A DNA stretch of 64,000 nucleotides from a virus. The DNA lies in IMG/VR virus record IMGVR_UViG_3300034175_000060, positions 1-64,000 of that record; one strand, given 5' to 3'. The notes under the pieces were generated by a model. It saw only the letters and a program-made list of their open reading frames with translations. It searched no databases and was not told the DNA's origin. Position 1 is the first letter of the stretch; every line of letters starts with the position of its first letter. Made by a program: the position numbers and the translations under genes. This document shows positions 46,102 to 55,302 of the stretch, piece after piece.

Positions 46102-46193
46102 TTGAAACTCCTTGTTTTGCTGTGTTTGTTTGCACTTCCAATACAAACCATTCTACACGCTTCCCAGCCGAACACAAGCAATTTCTACACAAT

Positions 46194-46391
46194 CTAATCT
46201 TGTCTCTTCTCTGCAACAGCAAGCGTCGCACCCCTACAACCATACGTCACCCACACTTGTTCCGCCTCATATTCTGGAATAGCTTCTCTATAGATAATTT
46301 CATAGAACGGGTATGGAGTGTATGCACTTGTCTTTCTAAAGGATTCGTACATATATTCTAACAGTGTTTCATTACTCTGCATAATATTCAT
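46194..46391 (-). CDS. hypothetical protein
   Basis: Small ORF in the - strand cluster. Confidence 0.5.
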   Translation of the reverse strand: MNIMQSNETLLEYMYESFRKTSAYTPYPFYEIIYREAIPEYEAEQVWVTYGCRGATLAVAEKRQD

Positions 46392-46614
46392 CCTTATACC
46401 GCCAGTGGTTGCAATAATGCGGAACAGGCTCATGATAAAAGATAACAGGCACTTTCTTCCACACCCATTGCAGCCACGCTATGCGCCCATCAGCAAGCCG
46501 TTTAGGCCACAGGGCATACACATGTAGCCTGTTATTGTACAGATGCTCTAAGTGTGCTTGAGAGGCTTTGTATCGTTCTTCTTTAGTTTTACCTAGGAGC
46601 ATATTATTCCTCAT
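46372..46614 (-). CDS. hypothetical protein
   Basis: FALWP/WL.WV-type small phage ORF. Confidence 0.55.
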   Translation of the reverse strand: MRNNMLLGKTKEERYKASQAHLEHLYNNRLHVYALWPKRLADGRIAWLQWVWKKVPVIFYHEPVPHYCNHWRYKDEYYAE

Positions 46615-46801
46615 TCCTCTTCATCAAATAAAACGCATACATATCATTCGTACGTGGCTTAGGGCATTCCCCTTTAGACGGCTTACAAGCTATCTCCACA
46701 CCCATAACCACCTTCACCACTGTAACGGGATAGCCTAACGTGCAGCGAGCTATGTAGCCTGTTTCTAAGGCTTTGCAGCGTGTGCATGTTCGGGCTTTCA
46801 T
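46604..46801 (-). CDS. small Cys-rich protein
   Basis: CTRC...C...C...C. Confidence 0.55.
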   Translation of the reverse strand: MKARTCTRCKALETGYIARCTLGYPVTVVKVVMGVEIACKPSKGECPKPRTNDMYAFYLMKRNEE

Positions 46802-46804
46802 AGG

Positions 46805-47296
46805 TTATTCCTTTGGGGAATTAGGAAGCTTGCGCCAATGTGTTACAACACCCTCGACAATTTCATGGTCACGTGAATGTTGCCACTTGCCATCTGCAAC
46901 ATAGGCCATCATAACACTGCTATCGTCTTTACAGACAATCAAAAAGTCTACCAAATGAGAATCAGGCATCCCATCAGCAACACTATGCCATTTACTCTTC
47001 TTAGCCTTCTTTACAGCAGCTTGGGAATGCTTGGCTATTCCGCGCTCCGCTTGTCCTTCGCTATGGCGTCGGATGAATTTCTCTGTGTCTTTAGTTTCGT
47101 ATTCTGTGTATTCTTCAAAACCACCGCCAGCAGGATTGTGAACCAATTCGCCATCACTATCTGCAAAGATATAAGCTGCATTGAGATACTGAGCGTCAGA
47201 ACCACTATACCAGTGATAGCCTAACGTTTTAATCAGCACACACTGCAACCGCTCAGATTGTTCTGGATTATCTACTTTAAATTTATAAGCTTTCAT
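46805..47296 (-). CDS. DUF551-like domain protein
   Basis: C-terminal WHSVADGMP...VTHWRKLP..P. Confidence 0.65.
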   Translation of the reverse strand: MKAYKFKVDNPEQSERLQCVLIKTLGYHWYSGSDAQYLNAAYIFADSDGELVHNPAGGGFEEYTEYETKDTEKFIRRHSEGQAERGIAKHSQAAVKKAKKSKWHSVADGMPDSHLVDFLIVCKDDSSVMMAYVADGKWQHSRDHEIVEGVVTHWRKLPNSPKE

Positions 47297-47297
47297 A

Positions 47298-47498
47298 TCA
47301 TTCGTCCTCATACTTAATAAGCGAAGTGCTTTTCAGCAAAGAAACATAAGTGGCATCCTTGTAAGCTTGTTCTTCGCTGGGGAAATACTTTTCAGATAGC
47401 TGCTCAGTTTTATCATTGTACCAAAACCATTTACTGCTGCAAAGTGCTTGTTGGGCAACATAACCAAAACTCTGCGCGTGTTCTTTATAAGTTTTCAT
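47298..47498 (-). CDS. hypothetical protein
   Basis: GAGG RBS. Confidence 0.6.
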   Translation of the reverse strand: MKTYKEHAQSFGYVAQQALCSSKWFWYNDKTEQLSEKYFPSEEQAYKDATYVSLLKSTSLIKYEDE

Positions 47499-47573
47499 GT
47501 TATTCCTCTGTTGTCGATGTATTGATCATAATCTGCTTAGGAAGCTGTGTCAAGGGATTTGTGAGGATTGTTG

Positions 47574-47900
47574 TTATTGTGTATCACCAAAGATTTTATA
47601 CACTGTATCCGCATCAATTTCCACCAAGCCATCTTCTGCCAGATTGCACGCTGTACGAATCTTTCGATACTCTTCTGTGGCTTCTTTACCCCAATGATTC
47701 AGTAATTGCCACTGTCCCCGATATTCTTTATCCATACGTTTCATAGCCTCAAACCGGCTAGGCTTCCTGAACAGGAAGAATCCAGTAAGATACTTGTCCA
47801 CAAGCTTATTCTGCTCCGCTTGAATCTCTTTGAGCAATGTCTGCTCGTATTTGAAAGCTGCCTCTCGCAGTTTGTAATAGTTTAGTTTTATTGTAATCAT
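47574..47900 (-). CDS. hypothetical protein
   Basis: Coupled ORF. Confidence 0.6.
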   Translation of the reverse strand: MITIKLNYYKLREAAFKYEQTLLKEIQAEQNKLVDKYLTGFFLFRKPSRFEAMKRMDKEYRGQWQLLNHWGKEATEEYRKIRTACNLAEDGLVEIDADTVYKIFGDTQ

Positions 47901-48094
47901 TATTGCTCCACATTTGTTATCTCAGGCGTATCATCAGAATCTAAATGCCAGTATTCATCAACATCATATCCTCCTTCGATACGCACATCAGCCATAGTCC
48001 TAGAATTAGCTATCTCGATGGCTCCCTCTTCGGAATCAGCTTCTACCTCAGTACAGCAGGATACAGTAACGCTTCCGTGTATTTGATAGAGCAT
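47900..48094 (-). CDS. small acidic protein
   Basis: VEADSEEGAIEIA motif typical of small phage proteins. Confidence 0.6.
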   Translation of the reverse strand: MLYQIHGSVTVSCCTEVEADSEEGAIEIANSRTMADVRIEGGYDVDEYWHLDSDDTPEITNVEQ

Positions 48095-48106
48095 GTCAAT
48101 ACCCCA

Positions 48107-48310
48107 TCAGTAACAACGACTAACAACACTACCACCGGGCATCACATCTGCTGTGCAAGTGGTAGTGTTGCCAAAATAGTCAGTTGACGTAAGCGTGCTT
48201 CCCAACGAATTGCTTGTAAGCTCCACAGAAGGCTTTTGCACTGTAGCGGCTAGCGCAAGGAAGAGACATAGGGCAATGACAAATGTTACGAGGAGGGTTT
48301 CTGGTTTCAT
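48107..48310 (-). CDS. small secreted/membrane protein
   Basis: Signal-like N terminus; GGAG RBS. Confidence 0.55.
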   Translation of the reverse strand: MKPETLLVTFVIALCLFLALAATVQKPSVELTSNSLGSTLTSTDYFGNTTTCTADVMPGGSVVSRCY

Positions 48311-48437
48311 TTTGCACTCCGTTTAAATGGTTTCATGATAAGGGGTTCCTTTTAGGTGGATTTATACTGCTCTTGTAAATATTGTTCCTGTTCGTGCAGC
48401 ATGTCAAGCCATTCTTGTAATTGCTGTTGTTCTGGCG

Positions 48438-48680
48438 TCATGCAACCTCCAATATAATACTAGGCAAATTCAATTCTACACCCTTCCACCACTTGCACAA
48501 GGTTTCTTTCTCCTTAGCTGTGCAATAGTAGCCTAGAAGCTCCCAAAAAGCATGTAGGCGCTTGTTTGTCTCAACACCGGGCGGATGCTCTATATGGTCT
48601 GACAAGATGCGCAGGTAGTCGCTAATGAGGACGGCTTTGCACACTTCATATTGTTGATCGTCTGTAAGTTCAATATTCAT
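48438..48680 (-). CDS. hypothetical protein
   Basis: 80-aa ORF. Confidence 0.55.
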   Translation of the reverse strand: MNIELTDDQQYEVCKAVLISDYLRILSDHIEHPPGVETNKRLHAFWELLGYYCTAKEKETLCKWWKGVELNLPSIILEVA

Positions 48681-48858
48681 AATTCCACCACATAGCCAAC
48701 TTCAATTAATCGATTATCCACAGGATGCTGAATATACACATTAGCATCACACGGCTTACCATCTCGCAGACAACGAGTTTTCACCATATCGCGACCTAGG
48801 TCGTCTAGTTCGGCGGGGTCTTGCAATAGCTCTATAACTTCGTATTTCATATCAATCC

Positions 48859-50148
48859 TTATTTAGAACAATCTTCAACTTGCAGAATACCATCTTCTAA
48901 CCAATTCATTTTCATACTCACAACTCTGTCAACCTCGACAACTCGTTTATACGCATAGCTCATAGCGTCCACAAGCTTATCGGCATTCTTACGTTGTACT
49001 ATAAATGAATCGTGCACAACTAAAACAGGCTGTTGAATCTTTACAAACTCATCTAGTACGTAATGAGCAATCCAGCTATCTTTATTCTGTAGCACCAATC
49101 CTGTGCACTCTTTGTTGCAGAACTTGCTTTTGAATTCCGGCAGCTTCTTATAGACTTCCTTTACAACCTCATCACCGGAGCTATAACAGAATGTTCCTTT
49201 CGGTTCCTCCGCAATTAGATCGTCAATAGCATTCTTTGCTTTGTACTCAGACGTAGCATTGAGCATAATGTTTATGCCAAGCTTTACAAGCCGTCTATTG
49301 TCTGTGCTATAATTTTGCTTGTCTAGCACATGGTAGTAGATATCCATACCTCTATACTTACTAACACACATTATATCAGAAAGCATGTTAATGTGCAAGC
49401 AATCGAAGTCAATCTCAACAATAGATTCACCGTCAATTGTTGTTCTCAGTCGATCTTTAGTTTTCTTGTTCTTGATCTTGAGAATAGCAGCTTTGAACCA
49501 CCGACCGCCAAAGAAGAAAGATTCATTGTTGAATATCCTACCATACATGTTCACCATGAAGCTACCGGCATAGTCTAGGAATATGTGATTAGAATTCAAT
49601 TGATTGACGGCAAATACAACACGCTCGGCCTCTACTAGTTCCTCTGTGAACTCATAAGCTATAGGATTCTTATTCTTGTCTCTTAGTTCGATACTTACAT
49701 TGGCAAGAATATGGTTATCCTCGGCTGTTGTCACTAACTCAGGCTTAGCACAGAACTTATCAATAAAGCTATCGGAGGGAACAACATACGATGACTGCTT
49801 ATCTCCAATGTCACCATATTGCCTAGGAGCAAGGTAATTGAACAGATAGCCTAGCTGTTGTAGTTCAGCCACAGCATTGTATATGTTATAATTAGATAGC
49901 TTACGTACATTGTAGATAGAAGGCAAGATACCTGTCTTACCTCTGAGATAGTATAGTCTCTGTCTACGCTTGACACAAGCAATCATATTCATGATGACAA
50001 CATGTAAAGCTGATCTATTCTTAGTCTTCCATCGTTCAGTGATCTTCCTCACTCTCTTGTCTATCTCTATGTTTAGCATCATCACCTTACTGTTACTAGT
50101 GTATGATTGTGTGCTTAGTGTTATCCCTTCTTCTGTTACTGTAATCAT
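48859..50148 (-). CDS. compact PolA/T7-RNAP superfamily polymerase (TV-Pol-like)
   Basis: GGRWF; motif A EIDFDCLH; motif B RRLVK; LQNKDS; motif C VHDSFIV. Confidence 0.7.
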   Translation of the reverse strand: MITVTEEGITLSTQSYTSNSKVMMLNIEIDKRVRKITERWKTKNRSALHVVIMNMIACVKRRQRLYYLRGKTGILPSIYNVRKLSNYNIYNAVAELQQLGYLFNYLAPRQYGDIGDKQSSYVVPSDSFIDKFCAKPELVTTAEDNHILANVSIELRDKNKNPIAYEFTEELVEAERVVFAVNQLNSNHIFLDYAGSFMVNMYGRIFNNESFFFGGRWFKAAILKIKNKKTKDRLRTTIDGESIVEIDFDCLHINMLSDIMCVSKYRGMDIYYHVLDKQNYSTDNRRLVKLGINIMLNATSEYKAKNAIDDLIAEEPKGTFCYSSGDEVVKEVYKKLPEFKSKFCNKECTGLVLQNKDSWIAHYVLDEFVKIQQPVLVVHDSFIVQRKNADKLVDAMSYAYKRVVEVDRVVSMKMNWLEDGILQVEDCSK

Positions 50149-50319
50149 CTATTCCTCTTGTAGTCTCTTCAGCTAGGCTAGTAGTCCTCCGCAGGTCAGG
50201 CGGGCTTACTCATTATGGCATGAAATCAACGCCTAAAAGCCCACAAAGCTAGGCTGTATGCGGGTTCTAAGGCATTTCATAGTGGGTTATTGGTGAAAAT
50301 CACCCTTCACATAACGATC

Positions 50320-50347
50320 ATTGTACAGCAAGCCTGCACACAGTCAA
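50320..50347 (-). promoter_or_regulatory. promoter upstream of the polymerase-like gene
   Basis: TTGACT-16 bp-TACAAT. Confidence 0.6.
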
Positions 50348-50383
50348 GACAATTATAACTATCACCACAATAGCAATCAACTA

Positions 50384-50896
50384 TCATACACCTACCTTAT
50401 CAGCCATCCATCGAACAACTTTCTGCACTACAGAATGTTTCACTTTAGCAACAGGTTCAAGCTTCTTAAGAGATTCACTAATCTTGTGCAACACTTGTAC
50501 AGAATCTTTCCTGAAGTCTGTTTCAAAGATTGCCTTAATATTATTAGCTGCCAAGCTTACAGAGATGGTATTTTCTACAGTGTAGCCTTTCTCACAGTCA
50601 ACACGTTCTAGTGTCAAGTCTGTGGGCCGACGTACGTTATCACTTCCTGTACGAGTAAGCTTGATGCCTGTGTATGCACAATGTTCCACTTTTAACAACT
50701 CTTCTACATCTTGACGAGTTAAAGAGAAAGCAATCTTACGCGCCCTACTGCTGTTAGCTTTGTTGCGATAGAAATTATCTATACGGTGTTCGGTCCATGG
50801 CTCGGAGTCAGCAGGAGGCAAGTTCTTTACAGTTTCTGCTTTCACTTTCTTCACAGCTTTTCTTTGCACAGCTTTAGGTATTTTAACAGTAGTCAT
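50384..50896 (-). CDS. HNH-fold protein resembling the T4 Srd family
   Basis: CAYTG...LTLERVDCEKGYTVENTISV...NNIK. Confidence 0.6.
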   Translation of the reverse strand: MTTVKIPKAVQRKAVKKVKAETVKNLPPADSEPWTEHRIDNFYRNKANSSRARKIAFSLTRQDVEELLKVEHCAYTGIKLTRTGSDNVRRPTDLTLERVDCEKGYTVENTISVSLAANNIKAIFETDFRKDSVQVLHKISESLKKLEPVAKVKHSVVQKVVRWMADKVGV

Positions 50897-51132
50897 AATC
50901 TCACCCATGTTTGATAATCACCCTCACTATACTCCCTGCCATTCACCCTATCCCTAGCCTTCTCAATCTCTACCAGCGCCTCCCTATGCCCCTCACAAGC
51001 CCTGTTCGCTTGATCGTCGCTAAGCCTCCACAGTGCTGGCACGCGAAGCTCTCCTAGAGCCTTACAGAACGTGCAATAGGTGTTTATGTGCTTAGGAATG
51101 TGTACATCAATGCACCTCCACACTATCCACAT
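50893..51132 (-). CDS. hypothetical protein
   Basis: Cys-containing small ORF; start uncertain. Confidence 0.5.
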   Translation of the reverse strand: MWIVWRCIDVHIPKHINTYCTFCKALGELRVPALWRLSDDQANRACEGHREALVEIEKARDRVNGREYSEGDYQTWVRL

Positions 51133-51269
51133 AATACCTAGTATCCTTCCCTGCCATAGCTTGCAACTCCTTAGCCATCTTCATAGCATCATCTTTCTTA
51201 AGGTAACAGATAATAGTTTTGGAATGGGAGTATTCCGGCTTATTTTGTTGTACTCTATAAATAATCATT

Positions 51270-51494
51270 TCAAATCCCATTCCAACTGTCTGTTACAAGC
51301 GACATATCCGATGACAATACAATGTGCCACCAGTCCCATTCACACTTACTTTTCCTATCAATGTCCCACTCATGATAGTAACCAGCTTCAAAGAATTCTA
51401 CAGCTTCATCCAAGCTATCAAAGTCTCCTTGGTAATCATTAATACCACCATTGGCGTGGAAGTTGTTTCCAGCAAATAACAAATAAGCTTTCAT
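51270..51494 (-). CDS. hypothetical protein
   Basis: YLLFAG....GG..DY..DFDS..EA small phage protein pattern. Confidence 0.65.
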   Translation of the reverse strand: MKAYLLFAGNNFHANGGINDYQGDFDSLDEAVEFFEAGYYHEWDIDRKSKCEWDWWHIVLSSDMSLVTDSWNGI

Positions 51495-51817
51495 TAGTCA
51501 ATCCTTTGGTTATTAACAGCTTCCAATGCCAAGCAAATACCGTAAAGATTCCCTTTATCCCACTCTGTCCAACCTTCTTTGGCAGAGTATTCTAGAAGTA
51601 AGGTTTTTAATTTGTCTTCCACAGACGTACTACTTTCCTCCAACCTACAAATCATAGCACGAAGCCGCTTAGTTTCATCTAAGAATGTCTCAAGCTTCAC
51701 ATAGGTTCCTTGCTCAGATTCTACCATGACGGCATAATGCCACTCTGAGGAGGATTCACCACCACCATAACATTGCTCTGTTTCAATAGCAGGGCTAAAT
51801 TTGCGTACCATAGTCAT
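51494..51817 (-). CDS. hypothetical protein
   Basis: Coupled ORF. Confidence 0.6.
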   Translation of the reverse strand: MTMVRKFSPAIETEQCYGGGESSSEWHYAVMVESEQGTYVKLETFLDETKRLRAMICRLEESSTSVEDKLKTLLLEYSAKEGWTEWDKGNLYGICLALEAVNNQRID

Positions 51818-51820
51818 TCC

Positions 51821-52021
51821 TCAAAAATGATGTGCACCATGACAATCTTCTGCAAAGGTAGTTTGGCTAAAATCATTCCGTAGCTTCACTTCCACACTTG
51901 TATTAGCATGATTATACTTAGTCTCTGCCGAATATTCCACTTCTACACTAACTTGCAAGTACTTCTCAACAGCAGCCATAACAGCCGCGTCGAAGTCTTC
52001 TTGTGTGTCGAATGTAATCAT
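51821..52021 (-). CDS. hypothetical protein
   Basis: Small ORF. Confidence 0.55.
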   Translation of the reverse strand: MITFDTQEDFDAAVMAAVEKYLQVSVEVEYSAETKYNHANTSVEVKLRNDFSQTTFAEDCHGAHHF

Positions 52022-52022
52022 A

Positions 52023-52205
52023 TCACACCATCCTAGACAGCGCATCACGCGCATCAATTAGAGCATCATAGGCACTATCGCAATCTTCCTTCAAGCTGTT
52101 CAAGTCGGAAATAAACTCATCAAGCTTATCCCGGTCTTGTGCAATCTTTATCATATGCTTGTCAATACCTCTGATAATACTTTTAATCTTAGTTTTAGTT
52201 AGCAT
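52023..52205 (-). CDS. small coiled-coil protein
   Basis: AGGA RBS. Confidence 0.55.
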   Translation of the reverse strand: MLTKTKIKSIIRGIDKHMIKIAQDRDKLDEFISDLNSLKEDCDSAYDALIDARDALSRMV

Positions 52206-52250
52206 GTTATTCCTGCTCCAATGTTATTCGTTTCACTCAAGCCCTCTCGC

Positions 52251-52502
52251 TTATTGCTCAAGGGTAATTGTGCCGACAAACTTTGTAAATTCGCTACGCT
52301 TCCAAGCTGTGCAATGTTCTCCGGTTTGGTTGTAAGAGCCTAGCTTTGGCCGATTGATAATAACACCAGCAAAGTAATTCTCGCCCTCATAGACGTTACC
52401 ATCTGTTACCAGCAATAAAAAGTCATGTTGGTCAATCACCAAGCTCCCCGGCTTGAAAATGTCCTCGGAGGAAGCTTCTTTGTGTTCGATTGTTATTTTC
52501 AT
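52251..52502 (-). CDS. hypothetical protein
   Basis: GGAG RBS; coupled. Confidence 0.6.
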   Translation of the reverse strand: MKITIEHKEASSEDIFKPGSLVIDQHDFLLLVTDGNVYEGENYFAGVIINRPKLGSYNQTGEHCTAWKRSEFTKFVGTITLEQ

Positions 52503-52729
52503 GCTTTATTCTCCAATCGTGCAAAAACACCACCTCTGGATGTAATTGATGTCTTACATTGAGACATATACTCTAGCGACATTTTGTAGTTGTTGTATTG
52601 TTGTTGAAATTTCTCTTCGCCGGTTTCTGCAAAACGTATTGCCGCCGCCTGCATAGAGTCTTTTACCAAACTAATTTTATAGTCAAATTCTTTAATAATT
52701 TCTAGGTAGAGTTCGTGGCCGGTGGTCAT
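52499..52729 (-). CDS. hypothetical protein
   Basis: AAGGA RBS. Confidence 0.6.
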   Translation of the reverse strand: MTTGHELYLEIIKEFDYKISLVKDSMQAAAIRFAETGEEKFQQQYNNYKMSLEYMSQCKTSITSRGGVFARLENKA

Positions 52730-52999
52730 TATTTATTCCTTCACACAATGGTCAATACTAAGTTGCAGAGCCAAACACAGCGCCTCTAGCTTATGCTCTG
52801 GCAAATCTTTCAGCAACGAATAATCATCTAAGACACCGGCGATGATTTCGACCAAGTCTTTAGTGCTTACGGTGAGGGTTTTCATAATTATTTCCATTCA
52901 TTGTAAGAGCCTCCACGGCTCGATTGACGTTCAGGCTACATACAGACGTATTCGTCAAATAGCGATCCTGAGTGGCTTACAGGCTGTTGTAGAGGTATT

Positions 53000-53218
53000 C
53001 TAAGGCTGTTCTCCGCACTCAGCAAGGAACTGTGCCATGCTAGCCTCTTGATGTGCCTGCCAAGCTTGCACATAAGCATTGTGATAGAAGTTAAGACCAT
53101 CTCGATAGAAAGTGTTTTCAACCTCTTTCCATTTCTTGTATGCTGCTTTGGCTTCCAAGCGTGTACGATGAAATTCCTCTGTGACTGAGAAGTTTACAAG
53201 TGTTGGTTGAATTTTCAT
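53000..53218 (-). CDS. hypothetical protein
   Basis: GAGG RBS. Confidence 0.55.
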   Translation of the reverse strand: MKIQPTLVNFSVTEEFHRTRLEAKAAYKKWKEVENTFYRDGLNFYHNAYVQAWQAHQEASMAQFLAECGEQP

Positions 53219-53344
53219 GATTTTCCTCGTTTCGTTATGTGCTGCCATGTGTTAAGAATAACCGAATTCAGAACATTACACAAGAATTATTTACAAATTT
53301 ATTTAACAGCGCACAAAACTGCCCGCTTGTACGGGCGGGGTTGC

Positions 53345-53536
53345 TTAGGTGGTAGCGACTGGCACGTTATGCGCGGGAATGAATTCCATGCCGTTAAACT
53401 GGCGAATCTTAATTTCCTTGCCGCAGCAGTTGCATATAGTTTTGTCGCCTACTTGCTTGATGCTGTAGAAGTCACGGCCAACAAGGCGGTAGCCGCTGGC
53501 TTCACATTTGTTCCAGTTGGTTTTGCGCTTCGCCAT
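53345..53536 (-). CDS. small Zn-finger protein (cassette 1)
   Basis: C..SG...CNCCGK...H; GGAG RBS. Confidence 0.65.
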   Translation of the reverse strand: MAKRKTNWNKCEASGYRLVGRDFYSIKQVGDKTICNCCGKEIKIRQFNGMEFIPAHNVPVATT

Positions 53537-53578
53537 GATCATTTCTCCAATAGATGCCCGATTAACGGGCGGGGTTGA

Positions 53579-53833
53579 TTAGATGATGCGGCCGACAAGC
53601 TTAGAAGCCGCGATTCTGTTAGGTTGAATACTCGCAATAGCGCCGGAAATAGAACCTAAAACCGTCGCATGGGGCGCGCGCGCTTTGAGCGTGTCTTCGG
53701 CGCGAATCAACAATCCGATAAGGTCGGAATAGGTCGGAAGCTCTACGTCAGCTAAGAGCACATCAACTTCAGAAATTGCTTTAGCCCTGTGAAGCCCTGC
53801 GAGGTGGGCAATACGGTCACTTTGTTGAGACAT
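53579..53833 (-). CDS. hypothetical protein (cassette 2)
   Basis: Same 19-bp RBS region as cassette 1; LPTYSDL motif. Confidence 0.65.
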   Translation of the reverse strand: MSQQSDRIAHLAGLHRAKAISEVDVLLADVELPTYSDLIGLLIRAEDTLKARAPHATVLGSISGAIASIQPNRIAASKLVGRII

Positions 53834-54186
53834 GATCATTTCTCCAATATTCCCTGCCGGGAGTTCCGCCACGCCTGTTTCTACTTTCGTAGTACCTCGC
53901 CCATGCTCGGTTTGCGCTGCTCAATGAACATCACTATAGCACAACTACCAGAACTCGCAACAAGTATTTTAAATTATTTGCACATAAAAGAAAAACCCCT
54001 TTCGGAGCCTTTGCTAACGTACAACTACAACATCTCGACATTGATCTACGGAAATAATTATCTTGACAGCATCAAAACCTTGACACTCTCGCATGAGTTT
54101 GTTTTCCGCATCGTAATTATTTTCTGCCAAGATGTATGCAAGTCTGTTTTCTTTGAATGCTGTGTCAAAGCGGATTCGGTATATGG

Positions 54187-54408
54187 TCACTTCGTTTTCC
54201 TTTCACCGTTAATTTCTGGCAACTCGTCCCATTGCCAATGCATCATAAGACCTGTAATAAAATTTTCTGCCCGCCAATCTGGCAGATTCCAAAGAGAGTC
54301 TAAGCTGTCTTCCCAATGTCCGCCAACTGGTTTGCAATAGCAACAGATAAACCATTGCCCAAGGCGGACATGTGTGGGTTTTGTCGATATGAATTGGGCG
54401 AGAGTCAT
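54187..54408 (-). CDS. hypothetical protein
   Basis: Small ORF. Confidence 0.55.
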   Translation of the reverse strand: MTLAQFISTKPTHVRLGQWFICCYCKPVGGHWEDSLDSLWNLPDWRAENFITGLMMHWQWDELPEINGERKTK

Positions 54409-54569
54409 TTCTTATTATCCTTTGTTGCTTTCCACATCAAAGCTAAATCCATAGCACGCCAAATTTCATCGTTGAATTTCCCTGTGGGGATTCCAAGAGT
54501 AATGCGAGCTTGGCAGTATATTACGAGTTCTTCGAAAGTGTAGTCTTTCAGTTCTTTTTGCAGGTTCAT
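54405..54569 (-). CDS. hypothetical protein
   Basis: Small ORF. Confidence 0.5.
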   Translation of the reverse strand: MNLQKELKDYTFEELVIYCQARITLGIPTGKFNDEIWRAMDLALMWKATKDNKK

Positions 54570-54570
54570 A

Positions 54571-54825
54571 TCAAGCTTTCCAAGGGAGAATTTCAATCAA
54601 TGCGTCTCTATATTTGAAATTAAACTCTTGCAATTCCTTTTCCCGATGAGCCATCATTTCACGTAGCTGTTTAATCTTCTCTTCGGCCACATCGTCAGGA
54701 AGAATAGCTTCGGGGTTTTTAAACCATCCGTGAAATTGCTCTACAAAAACCTTGTCACCATCTGTTTTAAGAACTTTACCCCAGACAACATAAGGGAACA
54801 AATCATATTTCATGAATGCAATCAT
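54571..54825 (-). CDS. hypothetical protein
   Basis: GGAGG RBS. Confidence 0.6.
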   Translation of the reverse strand: MIAFMKYDLFPYVVWGKVLKTDGDKVFVEQFHGWFKNPEAILPDDVAEEKIKQLREMMAHREKELQEFNFKYRDALIEILPWKA

Positions 54826-55025
54826 TGCGCAGCCTCCCATGTCATCAAATTCCTATCAGCCGTGCTATATGCCTCAAAGGCGTCAATATAGGCCGTTAGA
54901 GCGCTTGTACAGACATCAACGGGCATTCCCATTAGGATGGCTTGATTGCACACCCTGAGCGCGTGTATAGCGTCTGCGCGGGTGTTTTGTGCGATGATTG
55001 TTAGGGTTTGTTGTAGGGGATTCAT
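54822..55025 (-). CDS. hypothetical protein
   Basis: Coupled ORF. Confidence 0.55.
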   Translation of the reverse strand: MNPLQQTLTIIAQNTRADAIHALRVCNQAILMGMPVDVCTSALTAYIDAFEAYSTADRNLMTWEAAQ

Positions 55026-55118
55026 TTTAAGAGCCTTTAAGTAACGATTCTTTATAAGCCCTGAAAGCGGCTAACATTGCCAAGTGCTTGACATACCATT
55101 CGTTATAGGCTTCTTGGT

Positions 55119-55298
55119 TCATACTATCACCTGTTGAATACCAATATCAGAATCACCTTGTGCAACTTGCGTTCCATCTGCGCAGCCGTCCCGCCACTCC
55201 ATTGCACAAATACCGAAGTTGTTTTCAATAAAAGGATTATCATCCCAACCTTTACCTTGCGTACCGGCAATAAATCCTGCTAAGTATGCTTTGGTCAT
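55119..55298 (-). CDS. small protein with an Rmf/CrpP-like pattern
   Basis: AY.AG..AG..GK...DNPF......EW..G. Confidence 0.5.
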   Translation of the reverse strand: MTKAYLAGFIAGTQGKGWDDNPFIENNFGICAMEWRDGCADGTQVAQGDSDIGIQQVIV

Positions 55299-55302
55299 AA
55301 TA

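Larger units (their letters stand above)
53320..53849 (-). repeat. paired direct repeats bounding two small genes
   Basis: CATGATCATTTCTCCAATA at 53534 and 53831; TGCCCG..ACGGGCGGGGTTG.TTAG at 53320 and 53555. Confidence 0.8.
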
